Source of the DNA: Trichodelitschia bisporula
Lineage: Eukaryota
Assembly: GCA_010356995.1 (NCBI GenBank)
Contig: ML996707.1
Location: 124,001 to 188,000 of the forward strand
DNA length: 64,000 nt
Direction: 5' to 3'
Made by a program: the position numbers and the translations under genes. Shown here in pieces: positions 48,067 to 61,035 of the stretch. Within the stretch, counting starts at the first letter, position 1. Each line of letters starts with the position of its first letter. The notes under the pieces are model-generated. The model was not told the DNA's origin. It made no database searches and saw only the letters and a program-made list of their open reading frames with translations.

Positions 48067-48806
48067 ATGAATCGGTCCCTAGGGCAGCGCTCGGCTAATG
48101 AGTACTTTCGCGCGGTGTCAGTTGCGTTGGCAGTGTTGTCCACTGTGGTTGCGGCGGCGGTGATGGGGACGACGGCGCATGTGTTCAATGTGTATCGGAT
48201 GCAGCATGAGAAGAATCCGTGGTGGTTGCCGTATATCCCGGGTGCGCTGAACAGCTCGGGCACCAAGGTGTTGATCGGTACTGGGGCGGCGGTGGTGTTT
48301 CTCAATCTCATCTTCGTGGTCGCGTCGCTTGCACCCAAGGTATGTCGTTGTGGCTCTGTGGACTGGACGGCGCTGATGTTAGCAGATCAATATAGCAGCG
48401 CGCTCAACCCTCCACGCCACGCTCGCCGCGGCGGTGGCCCTCATCTCGGCCATGCTCGCCGCAGCAGCAGTCGCCTACGTTGTGATGCTCAACAAGCGAC
48501 TGGACCACCAAGAGACGCTGGAGACGTGGACGTGTCGGTTCCAGACGGACGTGGCGGGACCCAATCTTCCCAACCTCTCAAACACCTATTCAAACCGGGA
48601 GTTTGACCGGTTATGCAAAGAAAGCGTAGGTACCCTCGTGTGCGTGATATGCAACATGCTGACTCTGGTAGCGATTCGGCTTCGGCGCCATGGTAGCCGT
48701 GCTATGTTTCCAGACGTTTTTTCTGCTCTCCGCGGTTGGCCAGTGGGTTACACGCTGGTCGGAGCCGACGAGGCGGACAAAGGAGAGCGATAGCTTCAGC
48801 ATATAA
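48067..48806 (+). CDS. Four-TM MARVEL-like membrane protein; introns 48340-48385, 48626-48671
   Basis: Four hydrophobic helices after splicing; NPWWLP, ETLETWTC..FDRLCKES|RF loop typical of fungal 4-TM proteins. Confidence 0.8.
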
Positions 48807-49694
48807 CCAGGCTTCCGGAAGCGGCGGCGGCGTTGATCCACTGGAGCTCGGGTCATTCGCCATGTACGGGACAAATTCTTCATACCGCAAGAGGAACAGA
48901 CCGTAGTCACGATGACCGAAACAATCACTTGTCCGTGCAATGCCCGAGCCTTTTGCAGAAATCGGAGTATTTTGACTTTTGCAAAAGGCCCGGGCACTGG
49001 ACGGATCAGTGATCGTTTCGGTCAACGTCACTGCGGTCTGTTCCTCTTGCGGTAGCACATATTTGCGTTCGTTTAGATATCCTCCATTACAGCTGGTTTG
49101 GGCTCGGTTTCGGCCCTTGGTACGAGTATGTGGTTGCCTCTGGCGGGGGCGATAGCATGTAGCATACCTGTCCTTTCGAATTTGAGACCATTGCTGATGC
49201 TGATACTGAAATGTGGCCGCATAACTCTGGTGCCTGTTGAAGGTAACCATCGCCGTTGACGAAGAAGAGGTCGATGTGTCTAGACTAGTGACGCATGGGT
49301 CAGGGCCGGGTAAAGTGGGTCTTCAACCGCCAACGGCGCCTTTCCCGCCCTGACTTCCAACGGGTAACGACGACGGACAACTTCAACTCTGCAACTCACA
49401 GCTTCACAGCGTCCCTCAACAAGCAAATCATCACTCTGTCGCCAAATACACCTCCCCTATTCTCCCATCGCCGGAATCAATCACCCACTGAACCCCCTGC
49501 AACACCCGCTCAGCTCTCCGCCCCCACCAATAACCAGCACCGCCACGCGAGGGGCCGCAGCCACCACCCACGACATGCATCCAGGCACCGACATTCAGCT
49601 ACGGGCATAAACACGGCTGTCAGCACTCCAAACGCTCACAAACTCACACCACCGTCGTTACCTCCATCGGCACTCATTCCGTACCTCAATAGCC

Positions 49695-50740
49695 ATGGCC
49701 ATGTCCTGGATGCCCTCACCGGCGCCCTGGGCGACGCTGCCCTCCTCCCTCTCGCCATTCCTCATGCACCCCCTCGGTCTTCTCGTCACTCTCGTCCTCG
49801 CAATCACACTCCATTTCGTAGCCTGGAAGCTGCTTTCCGCCCGCCTACCCCGCCGACGCGTCGACCCGCGCCTAACCTTCATGGGCCTGTCCGTACCCCG
49901 CTCCCGTCCCCCAAACCCCACTCAACTAACCCCCACCTCAGACCCCGCGAACTCCGCGACAAAGTCTTCGACCTCCTAGTCGACACAAAGCCAACCCCCC
50001 AACCCCCCGCGCACAGTATAATCCCGTGGTCCGCCCGGCTCCCCGTCCCCCTCAAACGCTGGGTGCCTTCATTCCTCGCCCCAAAGCCCAGGAGGAAGAA
50101 ATCCGTCGTGCGGGCCTGGCTCAACAACCTAACACTCGTGTCCCGGCAATTCGGGACCGAGTTTAAGGACGCGCTGTACCGGCGCTCGACATTCGAGTTC
50201 GTAATCGACGCGAGTAGTCCGCGGCACCCGCTGACCGATAACCCGTCCATGCTGTGCCATGTGCGGTATGCGGCGGTATACATGCGGGCTAGTTCGCAGC
50301 TTGTGGGGGCGTTCGATCCGCGGACTGTGACGAAGGAATGGCTTTTGCAGAAACGGGTATTTAAAGCTATGGAGCAGATGACCGATCTTAAGGTCATGAA
50401 TCTCGAGATTCAGGCGCAGGGGAATGAGATGTGGAATCCGTTGTGGTTGTGGTATTATACCAGCCAGGCGTTTAAGAAGAATCATGTTAGGCAGTTTGAT
50501 CGGATTCATTTCAGCCTGCAGTCGGGGACGTATCGCGAGCCGAATCATTTGAAGCGGAATGCTGAGGGGAGATGGGAGTGGCAGTGTCCAAAGGGGCATT
50601 GGGTCATGGATGATATTCAGGGATTTGAGGCTGTGCATTCGTTCTGTGGGCATATCTATCAGGTCTGCACTATTTGTGAGCCTCCCACTGTCGTTGAGGA
50701 GCAAGCGCAGGAGGAAGAGGGAGAAGATGCAGTGGATTGA
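49695..50740 (+). CDS. Hypothetical protein with N-terminal TM anchor followed by an F-box-like motif; intron 49889-49941
   Basis: Splicing GTCCGT..CTAAC..CAG yields LTFMGL-PRELRDKVFDLL; later LTLVSRQF..E, and C-terminal W.C..GH...FC...Y..C..C. Confidence 0.7.
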
Positions 50741-51009
50741 ACAGGTCGGTTTATGGCGTTTGAAAGTTGATGCTGATACACCGAGCGAAAAGCATTTACT
50801 TTACATCTGGTCTCTATCAAGCGTGAAGCGATAGGTAGCCTCTTACATTCAGGCAATCGTAGAGCAAGCATAGCATCAAGCGGAAAAACAAAAGATGTGA
50901 TAATTGACCGAGTCAAGCCGTCCGCTGATACCCATCCCATTCCGTCTCAAAGACCCCGTCCCGTATTGCAATATACACACACCCCTCCTACAGATCGCCA
51001 TCACCAGCC

Positions 51010-52420
51010 CTAAAGCTCCTTCTTCAAAAAGTGCTCCGGCGCATGACTCGTCTCATAATCCACATGCACATACGCCCGCTCCACATCCGGCAAACTCTCC
51101 AACTTAATCTGCAGATCCTCTGCCACATCATGCGTGTGCTTGAGCGACTCCTCCGCGCCCATAACCACGTCGACCTCGACAATCAGCCGCGGGCCGCTGT
51201 AGTACGCGCGCACCGTATCGATGGCGTGGATAGCGGGGGAGTGCGTCATTGAGATGTACGTGATCAGCTGCAGCATCGTCGTGTCGGCCGATACGCCGAT
51301 GAGCAGCTGGAACTCTGAGTATGCGGTGCGCAGCCAGAGGAACACGATTAGGCAGGAGATGATGATGGCGCCCATGGGGTCAATCCACCAACGCACCTTG
51401 GAGCCGAGGAGCGAGAAGGCGACACCCGTGAAGTTGACCTAGGGTCTGTTAGTAGCTATCTAGACCTAAAATGCGGGAACGGCTTACGATTAGGTCGTTC
51501 CGGTGGTCGTTGAACAGGATCCGGATCTGTGAGTACATGTTGCGAAGAGCGAAACAGTAGAGGAACAGTCCGAGCTTGGTGAAGAAGGCGATTGATACAG
51601 CAATGATGGACGCGAGGTGGAATTCAGTCGTCAGAGTCTTGCTTCCGGCGACGAGATCGCGTATCGACTGCACGATGATAACGACTGACACCGTCGTCAT
51701 CAGGAAGCAGAAGATGATGTTACCCGCCGTCTCGATGCGCGCCTTGCCGCTAGGAAACTTACGCGAATCGACCTTCTGCACCGCGCGATTCGTTAGAATC
51801 AGCGTGATATTCGACATCGGGTCGAACAACGCGTCCGCCATCGTCGTAAACAGCGACAGCGACCCACTCGCCGCCGCGCCGTACAGCTGCAATCCCGCAA
51901 GGAGGACATTGGCGACAAAGCTCCCCTGCACCGCAATCTTAAACCGCAGCTCATTCTCGCCATGCGCATCCTTGGCTTCCCTCCGATGATCATCAACCGG
52001 CTTCAACAGCCTTTCGATATTCTCATTCTGCGCCTCATAAAACCGGGCCAGTTTCCGCGAAGACCGGCCCCCACTCCGCCGTTTCACAGCCTCGATCTCT
52101 GCCGCGCTCATCAGTCGCCCGCTAAGCCGGAACGGATCGTTCTCGTCCGTGTAGTGCGGGCCGCGCTGGAGCTCGATGTCGCCATCGAGTGTGCCCACGT
52201 GCCGCGCGTGCGGCTCCTCGACGTCCGAGACTTCGCGCGCTGTGGTATGTGCGCCTTCTTCGGTCGCAAGCGGGTGCGGATGGGTAGAATCGGGCCGTCG
52301 GTGGTGGTGATGGTGGTGGTGATGGTGGTCGTCGGGATCATGCGGGGGTCGGAACGGAGAGGAGTGCCGTATGGAGAGCGCGTGGCGGATGGAGCCGGGA
52401 GCGGGGATGTCGGAGTCCAT
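51010..52420 (-). CDS. Cation diffusion facilitator (Mn-CDF/MTP-like metal transporter); intron 51439-51487
   Basis: SLSLFTTMADALFD, FPSGKARIE, DHRND, WWIDPMGA, IDTVRAY, HDVAEDLQ..LE.LP.VERAYVHVDYE; N-terminal poly-His run. Confidence 0.93.
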
Positions 52421-53552
52421 CGGGTGGTAGTAATGCTTGGTTCGGCGGGTAAAAGGCTACGGGTGGTTCGGCGGGTGTCGGAGGACGTGCCGATAGCTGA
52501 TGACGTTTAGGTAGAGGAATAGTGCTGAGTGCTGAGTATTGTTTATGGTGTTGTGTCGTTCGCGCTGAGGGGCGAGGGATGCTGACTCAATGGGCTGTTT
52601 GCGCCTCAGTGCGGAACAGGCAGTTCCGTGCCGCGCTGTGCCTTTTGTATCCGTACTTTGGCGTGGGTTCTTGGATGGGGGGTGGATGGGAGATGTCACG
52701 CTGCCGTTGTCTGTGCTAGGAGCGGATGGTCATCGTCCCATTCATCTAGAGCGGGCGCCCCCAACGGCGAGCGGACACTGGACGATTTGGATTCGCGGGC
52801 GCGCTTGTGGGTTGCGACTTATGGTGGCTAGGGGCAAATTGCTTCTTTGTGGAAGAATGGGCAACAGATGAATAGATAGCGACAGGAAGCTGCACTGGAC
52901 ACAGCGGGGAAGGGTCCCATATTGCGATCAATGCAGCGGAAGCTTGAATTTGTTGTCCGTATTTACGGATGTACAACGACATCTATTATGCTGTCGGGAA
53001 AATACATTGGAGATCCTCGATGGCAGAGCGCAAAAAGCACGAGTCACAGAAATAGCAAAGTCGCCGGCTGCACCCCACACCATCTCATCACTGTGTGGGG
53101 TTAAGCAATGCGCCATCGCCAGGACTGGACAAGCGCGACCAACCAAGACTCGAACTATTCACGACATCATCACTGGGAAGCTGCATCTCAATCACATCGA
53201 CAAGCACGCTAATTTTGCTAAAAGCCTTGACAATCTAATCACGCAGAACCCCACATGTATACCCAAGGCGAATGTGCCGTAGGTCACATCCAACCGCACA
53301 GCGAAAAGCAACCTATTCCACCGTCAGTGCTGCAGTCGAAGCATCATTGAGCCGAAAAGAAGGCGTGCATCGTGACGGATTCGTCGAAACGGGGAGTTGT
53401 CAGGCGGTCCTAGACTGCGCACCGTAAGTGCTTCGGAGCTTGCTGGACCTGCGTACTGGAGTTTATTCCAGCAAATCTCCATGGAAGTTAGCGAAATTCA
53501 GGGAAGCTAGCGGCTCAAGAAAACTCCTATTCACGACATACCAATATTTCAA

Positions 53553-55359
53553 CTAACCAGCCCGCTCCCGGAACATAGTGCTGTACACAGCATCCACTAC
53601 AGGGTTGGCCGTGATGACGCGCCCGCCGAAGAAGCGGCCGTTGAGACCCTTGATGGCGTTCTCGCCCCCCTCGATGCGGTCAAACTTGACGTAGATATCG
53701 CCCTGTGAGTTCGGATCTAGCTTAATGTGAACGACATGGCCATATTTCCGCTCGCATTCGGATTTCACGTCAACTTCGAGGTCTTTGATCCAGTCCCCGC
53801 CGTCGGCGTTGGCTTCCTCCCTGAACAGGTTAGTGAGAGACTTCAAGCGGTGAGAAATTTGGACATACTCAGCGGCGTCGAACATGTTATGCAAGACAAC
53901 GCAGCGGCTAGCCTGCGGGATGGCTGGCAGCGGGGCTTTGGGTACTGGCTTCGCCCGCTTATCGTCTTTGACCGGCGCGGGCTCCTCGGTGCGAGCCAGT
54001 TTGCGCATGAGGGCATCTCTGCTGAAGTTATTAAAATTGACGCCGGCGACGTCCGAGTCGTCCAGAGCGCTTGCGCTCCCGGCACCCTTCTCGTTATCAC
54101 GAGCGCCGATGCGGTCGAAGTTGGTGCCGCCGCCGGCGTGAGCGCCACGCCCACCGGCACCCGAAAAGGCCGAGCCCTGGAATTGCTGGCTCGGGCCAGG
54201 GAAGCGCTGTAGCAAGTTGGCAGTGGACTCGCTGGTAAACTTATCGTTGCCCAGCCCGACGCGGATTGGGCGGCCGGCAATGTCATAGCCGTTCATTTTC
54301 TCCAACGCCTCCTTCGCGGCAGTCGGGTCGCGGAACTGCACGAAGCCATAGCCGCGGCTGCGCCCCTGCTCCTCCTTCTGGAGCTGCACAAACTCCAGCT
54401 CGCCAAACGGCTCAAACACGTCCTGCAAGTCTTGTTCAGTGATCGAGAAGTGTATGTTCCCAACGTACAACCGATGGAACGGGACGCCGGATGCTGGAGC
54501 GGTGCCCTCGGTGGTGCGTGCTTGGCGGTTCTTCTCGGCTTCCGTGTGCTGGGCGATGATGGGGATACCTAAGAGCTTCTGACCGGTAAGCTGTATCGCA
54601 GCGGGCACTGACTCCTCGTTCTTGAATTCGACGTAACCGACACTAACAGGTTAGCTTGACACAGAGAGTAGGGGCAGAGGTAATGCACCCTTTAGAGCGG
54701 CCGCTGACACGATCCTTGACAATCTGCGCCTCCTTTACGGGGCCGACCTTTTCGAAGAAAGAAATCAGTTCCTTGGTACGCAGGCGCGCGGCAAGCTGCT
54801 GAACAAACACAGTGCGGCGGTCGCGCTCATCGTCGTTGAGTTCCGGGGTCTTGGATTTGCTGGGCTTGTGCGGACTCGGGGTGCGGCGGCGGCCACCCTC
54901 TCTACCCCCGCGCCGCTCGCGATCCCGATGACGGTCGCGGTCCTCGTCGCGGCGGCCTGTCGGACGGTAGTACCGGTCGCCGTCGGGAGACCTAGAGCGG
55001 GTGTGAGTACGGCCCCGATAGAAGTCGCCGCGGTAGGTGTCTGGGGAATCACGACGACGACGGGCATGGCGGCCACTATCTCGGCTGCGGCTCCGACGCT
55101 TGCTACTCTTGCTGTCGGGGCACGGGCTCTTCGTTTCATCGACACCGTCCTCACGCTTGCGATCCCGGCTGCGGTCGCGGCGCTTACGGTCGCGGTCACG
55201 GTCCCGGCTGGACTCGCGGGCACGATCACGATCGCGGCGATCACTGCGTTCCGATTTATGACGATCATCTGGGTCTACTGAAAGACGACCATCTTTGTTC
55301 TCAGCTTTCGCCTTTGCCGCAGTCGACTCCAAGAGAGCTTCAACATCGAGCCCAGGCAT
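53553..55359 (-). CDS. pad-1: Splicing factor RBM39/CAPER (Pad-1/Rsd1): RS domain, 2 RRMs, UHM; introns 54643-54688, 53821-53868
   Basis: RD/RS repeats; [64 protein letters not shown]. Confidence 0.93.
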
Positions 55360-55839
55360 GGTGGAAGATGCTTGGCCGCGCGTGGTGGCGGTTGGGTTGA
55401 GGTTAAGACTAAGTGATTGTGAAAGGGGTTGTGAGACGGTGCAGCACTCCTAGAATGCAAGCAGTTAGAGAGCACGTAAATAGCGCCGCTGTGGGTGATG
55501 ATGGGGTTGGTGGGTTGAGTGGTGGTGATGTGAGGAGTGCAGTGAACGTTGGGAGCGAAGGAAGGGGCGGGGGGACCGAGCGCCGAAATTTACTCGGGGC
55601 ACGTGCTTGGCATCCATTGATTGATCATGTGACAAGGAGCTACAAACGCGACAATCAGGCACAATTCATGAGGGAACGAGTAACTTTGTAGCGGATGACA
55701 AGCATAACTCAGCTACCTTTTCTAGTGATACAAGATCGGGTGAGGCTATCAACATATTATCAATTCAAATCGCTCCACAGCAAGAATCCAACGCCTTCCG
55801 TACCACCCCCAATGCCCTCACGCCACAAATGTCCGAAAT

Positions 55840-57064
55840 TTATGTCGTCTTGAGGACCTCAGGAGGCGGCACCTTGAGCGCAGTCCCGAACACGTCATCC
55901 CAGAATCTGCTCGTCACCCCAAAGCCATTTTGGTAGTCGGCGAAGTGGTGCTGCAGGTGGTACTTCTTCAGGGCCTTGTAATGCATGGGCAGACTGCACG
56001 GTCAGCAAGGCAGCAACAAAGAACGGGTGGCGACTCACTTCTTGTGATGCAAGAAATAATGCGTGAGGTCGTAGCAGACGTAACCGAAGATGGCTCCGCA
56101 GAAGACTGCTGTCCCCATGTGCCAATTGAACCAGAACACCGTGTGCGCAAACTTCCACCAGGGAATGGCGAGGGCAAGGAAGAGCGTGGGTGGCATGACG
56201 AGCCGGTACTTGTCCATCGGGAGATAGTGATGGATACCGTGGAGGAGAAAATGCAGCGTCAGGCCGACACGGTTGTCGGGGAGCCATCTGCGAGTGTAAG
56301 CGAAGGTCCACGCCCGGGAAGCGCACTTACTCGTCGAGGTGGAACAAGAAGCGATGCAGCATATACTCCACGAATGTCCAGATAAGGAGACCTGACACCC
56401 AGGAGAGCGCGGTGACGGTCGGCGAAAGGCCTTCCAAGGCGCGATACACGCCGTAGGCAATGCAAGGCAGCCAAACCATCGGCACTACGTACCAGGGCGT
56501 CAAACTGAGCGGCTCCAGGAAGTTGCCGAAGATCGGCGCAGATGCGCCGCCTGGGTAATGCCGTGGCCGGTGGACCTGCTCGAGATAGAAGTCCTTGGTG
56601 AACCCGCCGAACCACACCTGCATCAGCAGCGGCTTGCTGAGATCCAGAAACTTGTACTTCTTGTAGTCGTCGGTGGTGTTCGTATCCTTGGTCAAGTCCT
56701 CCTCCGAAGCCATGCCTGTCGTCGCGAACACGGCCTTGCCATTCTCGTCTAGTTGCACGGGAGGAATTGCGTCGGGCTTGCTCTTGATGGCGGTACCGGA
56801 CGCGCCGTCGGCGAGGAATCCGACCAGATGCTCGTCGAGGATTTCATAGGCCGTGTCGGTGTGCGTATGTGAGACCTCGTCCGCCAGTATGTCTTTAATA
56901 TCTTTGCCGCCATATTCCAGAATCAAGGCTCCGCCACCGGGATGGTCCTCGAGGAAGTCGGTGATATCGAAGACCTTGTTGCCAATGGTCACATAACACG
57001 ATTTGAGGGTCTTGTGCGACTGGACGTCGGTCCGAGTGAACGTTGGCAAGTCTTTTCCCGGCAT
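55840..57064 (-). CDS. SCS7: Sphingolipid fatty acid 2-hydroxylase (cytochrome b5 + hydroxylase); introns 56288-56330, 55994-56038
   Basis: FLEDHPGG heme motif; QVHRPRH; His boxes HRFLFH, HGIHH, HYFLHH, HLQHH; GFGVTSRFWD. Confidence 0.96.
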
Positions 57065-58321
57065 GGTCGCGGTGATGATCGCGATGAAGTTCAACTGTGG
57101 CGAGCCAGGTATGCAAGGACTTGCGCAGGCTTTTGAAGAGATTATGTAGGCGGGGGTGGAGAACTGCCGGTATTGCAGTCTCGCGTCCCCTGAGAATGCG
57201 CCCGTCCCGGGGGGTAAGACGGGTCCACGCTCTTCCGAGATTCTGCCGCGCCGAGCGAACAACCTAGCAAACCATCCCATAGGACGACATCTGCTGTCCA
57301 TTCTCCCTTTTTTGCCACCCCGTCTCCCTGTGAAAATTAACGTGCATGGCCTTTGTGCCTCTCGGCTAGTCTTTGGTCCTTCGGTGCGCTGCTCCGCGAA
57401 CTGGCCGGAATCCTGGGCCACCGAAGGAAGCGAGTGCCAGAGTCCGACGTCAGCCGTTGCTCGTTCAACGCCGGTGGCCATGTTGATAGTTATGTTCAAT
57501 GGACCATTGTTTCTCCTTGTCGTTTAGACAGCCACAAACATTGCTACACCGTTTTTCACATGTTCGTGCCCTTTGTCATGGGTAATGCCGAGCATTACCA
57601 CTATGCAGCAAGAGCAGGACGCCGTTAGACCCTTACTTAACGGCAGGCCCAACTCCGAACAAAAAGACATGCAGTCTTCGTACCTTATTAACTGCAAGGC
57701 AGTGAGTAGTAACAGGCCAGAACAGACCTCTTCATCTTTGGACTGGAATGGAGCGGTCATTGGGACAAAGCAGCGCTCGTTGGAACCCTACCAGCCACGT
57801 CGTGTCTTGATATCATGCTCGAAATCGAGATCCAAAGAGTACGGACTCCTCGAACTGAAATCAATTTGACGCGTTGACGACTCGACGATGCCGCAAAGCT
57901 TATCAGCGCGGGGTGGCATGACACGGACCATGCAACATGGAAGTGGGGAAACCAACACGTCCAAGCAATACGACGAGTCCACACCATGGCACTGCCATGC
58001 GAATCATCCTCGTTTACGTCGACCAACTTCGAGGATTAGAGCTACCACAAATGGCTAATAACCGCCTGGAACGCGAGGCACAAGCAACCCAGACATACCC
58101 CGCACACCCCACACGCTTGCTCCAAGGGAGCGCAATAATGAGGGTTGAAGGTTCAAAATCAATTGTGCGCTATCCAGCGAACGCCTGCCACATCGCTCGA
58201 AACGCCATCACAAATAAAAAATCCCATCAGACATGAGCTCATCCAGGCCGTAAACGCCAAACACAGTTTCGGGTATCCGTCGCAACGCCGAGCTCCGGTA
58301 CTCTAAGCCTCCCCTCGCGTA

Positions 58322-58660
58322 CTACTCCGGTGGTGAAGGAGCGCTTGAAAGCGTGCTGCTCTCTCGAGTCTGACTTGAGCTATCGCCGTCGGTTGCGCTG
58401 TCAAGTTTAGTCTGCTGCTCGGGAGTAGGAGGCAGCACTTACATGTCACTGTTCCCAGGCCTTTGCTCGTGTTCAGCCGGATTGGTGAACTCTTCCGGAA
58501 GGCCTCTGCCAGCGAGGAAGCGCTTATGGGCGGGCGTGAGAAGCGAACCGCTTTCCTGCGGCATGAGCGTGACCACAGAAGGGAGTCGCAGTTCTGCTTC
58601 GCAGTCGAGGTCCGCATAGAATCTGCGGGCGAAAGAGGTCTTCTTGCTGCGTTTCGTCAT
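58322..58660 (-). CDS. Small two-exon orphan protein (about 97 aa); intron 58398-58442
   Basis: Start context CCAACCATG after a C/T-rich leader; 45-nt intron GTAAGT..CTAAAC..CAG; no family recognised. Confidence 0.5.
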
Positions 58661-59537
58661 GGTTGGAGATGTAAAAGTATTGGGGTAGATCTGTGGAACT
58701 GGAGAACTATTTTGGGAATGTGGAATTGGCAACTGGTTGGAGGAGATGGGGAAGATGGGAGAACTGGCGAGTTGGCTGTGAGGGGAAGTGTGGTAGAAAG
58801 ATGGGGGGGTTAAATATAAAGGAGCTCTGGAGGGCAATGGGTCCTGTGGCTAGGGTCCTCGGGGATATCCCTTTAGGCTTCAACGTAACCAGCGTCATTA
58901 GCAGGAGCTGACGGCGTAGGTGGCGGCATGGTCGAGCCGAACTTCACGTACTTTCCAAAAGCACTCTGCCAAACGCTGCTAAACGATGCAAAGCACAACC
59001 GACAAAGGGCCTGTCATGCCTTCGTTCCCCTCTTGCTTTCCTCGAGTTTCATCAAACTGCACAGCGATAATTGCTGCTTCATGGACCAACATTGCTCGTA
59101 CAATTCGTATCATTTGTCTGCTTTGCATATGTCTAGCTGTTTATGGTTGACCATGAAGAGGCAAGGGTTCCACCTCCCGAGCCTTCTCCGAGCGGGCCCC
59201 CACCCCTCCCGCACAGATAGGACCGAGCCTTTGATCCCCAAAGCCACACACAAGACGAATAGTTGCCATATTCCTTCCAGAAGGTCAAAATCGCCGGCTA
59301 CCTCATCCGCAGTTCTCTCAACCTGGTGCTAAACACGTCTGTAGTCGATGTGCGCGATTCTGAATATGCCGTCATTGACCAGCAAGTCACTTTCTCTGAA
59401 GCTCACTTCGGCGTCAACTCTACTCCGAAATTCCAGCTGTCCGAACATGGCTGAGAGATGCGCGACCGAATGATTCGCAATAGAGCCACACCTCAATTGC
59501 TTCCACTGATGGGAGTCCAAGCCTTTGGCGAAGCAGA

Positions 59538-60506
59538 TCAGACCAAGTTCGCGAGCCCAATGGCCTCGTCGATAAAAGCTACGATCGCCTCAATGCCGAT
59601 ACCGCGCCTCATTCCAGTCTGATCATCCCACGACGAATGCAATCCCACTAGATTCCCCTTTTCAACCTCCACGAGCGGCGCCCCACTATGACCCCAGTAC
59701 GTCCAGCAATTGTGCTTTAGAGCTCCAATTTCCGCATTGTCTTGCTTATCCTGCCCCGCCGCATACCCACGGAACCTGCCCGTCGACACATGGACCACGT
59801 CGTAGCCGGTTTTCGCGCCCGGGAGTGCAGATTCGAGATCCTCGCCGCCAGGCTGGCCGACGCAGATGAGGTGGGCATGGAGACGGGGCGGGCCTTGAGG
59901 GAGGGGCGTGTAGGGAAAGGTTGGGGTTGAAGACTGCGCGGCGGTGATGCGGAGGAGGGCGAGGTCTCGTTTAGCGTCCCAAGAAATGCAGTGCGCCCGG
60001 ACGGCGAGGCCGGAGGAGAAGAGAAGCCAGAGCGGTTGGGAGAGATCCAGCTCTGTGGGCGTTTCTGCCACGCAGTGCGCGCACGTGAGCAGCAGGCCTG
60101 CAGGGGAGATGCACACTGCTGTACCGGCTTCTTCTTGGACGAAGATGAGGGTGGAGGAAAGGACAGTTTGGAGGGCGGGAGTGTGGGGAATGGGAAAGGA
60201 GGGTGTATGAGTTGCTAGCCAGGTTTTCTTCTTGGTTAGAAGGCCGAGGAGCGCTTTGGGGAAATCGCGTGCGGTAAATGGGGAGGGGAGGGTCTGGATG
60301 GCCGGGGCGATGGTGGGATTTGGGGCATGAGGCTTTGCAGGAGTATCCTCGGGAGCTGGTGCTTGCTCGGCAGGCTTATTCTTCATCTGCCTTGCGCTTT
60401 GCCTGGTGGTTCGTCCTGATGATATGGGCGGGATTTCGTCCTGCTGAGACCTCTGGGGTTCATTCTTCCCTTGTGCCTTGTCCTGCTGTGTGCTTTGCCA
60501 GGTCAT
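59538..60506 (-). CDS. Intracellular trypsin-like serine protease (Trypsin_2 type)
   Basis: AGTAVCI...GLLLTCAHC (His), RDLALL (Asp), YWGHSGAPL (Ser), LVGLHS; no signal peptide; intronless. Confidence 0.9.
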   Translation of the reverse strand: MTWQSTQQDKAQGKNEPQRSQQDEIPPISSGRTTRQSARQMKNKPAEQAPAPEDTPAKPHAPNPTIAPAIQTLPSPFTARDFPKALLGLLTKKKTWLATHTPSFPIPHTPALQTVLSSTLIFVQEEAGTAVCISPAGLLLTCAHCVAETPTELDLSQPLWLLFSSGLAVRAHCISWDAKRDLALLRITAAQSSTPTFPYTPLPQGPPRLHAHLICVGQPGGEDLESALPGAKTGYDVVHVSTGRFRGYAAGQDKQDNAEIGALKHNCWTYWGHSGAPLVEVEKGNLVGLHSSWDDQTGMRRGIGIEAIVAFIDEAIGLANLV

Positions 60507-61035
60507 GATGAGGTAGACAAGAGTGTTGGAGATGGATATGACAGTTCAGTGTGGGGTTCGAGCATATATGTATTCTGTGAAGCTGCAGATACGAGGATAG
60601 CTGCCTGGAGCACACCGCCACAAGGGTTGCATCTGGCCTCGCTTCAACATGTCCACTTGACTCACGGAAAAGGCTTCGGATGTGACTGAGATAGCCTGAG
60701 CTTCATGATGTGCCTGATATCTAAAGCCGATTCCGCTAGAATGAGGTGGTTAGCGGTGGTAAGAGCTATGTACGGATGTATCTGGGTGTTGGTGTCGTTA
60801 CCAGCTAGGGCTGAACAGTCGCACAGTTGTTGCTGTGGTGGCGCAGACGCTAGTGCGTGGTCTGTGCACCTGCGGCGGATCTTATCTAATCTCCGCCATA
60901 CGGCACGGTAGCTCCACATCCACATTCACTTTCCTCCATCCACAACCACTCTCCCTCAATAGCCAACTCCTCAAGCACAACCGCGGTTTCCCGTAATCTC
61001 CACATACCTGAAGCCAATCTGGCACTACCGCAATT

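Noticed and set aside
57065..57499. 145-codon N-terminal extension of SCS7 in the ORF track
   Set aside because: Homology starts at MPGKDLPTF with a good start context; the extension looks like open GC-rich UTR or promoter.
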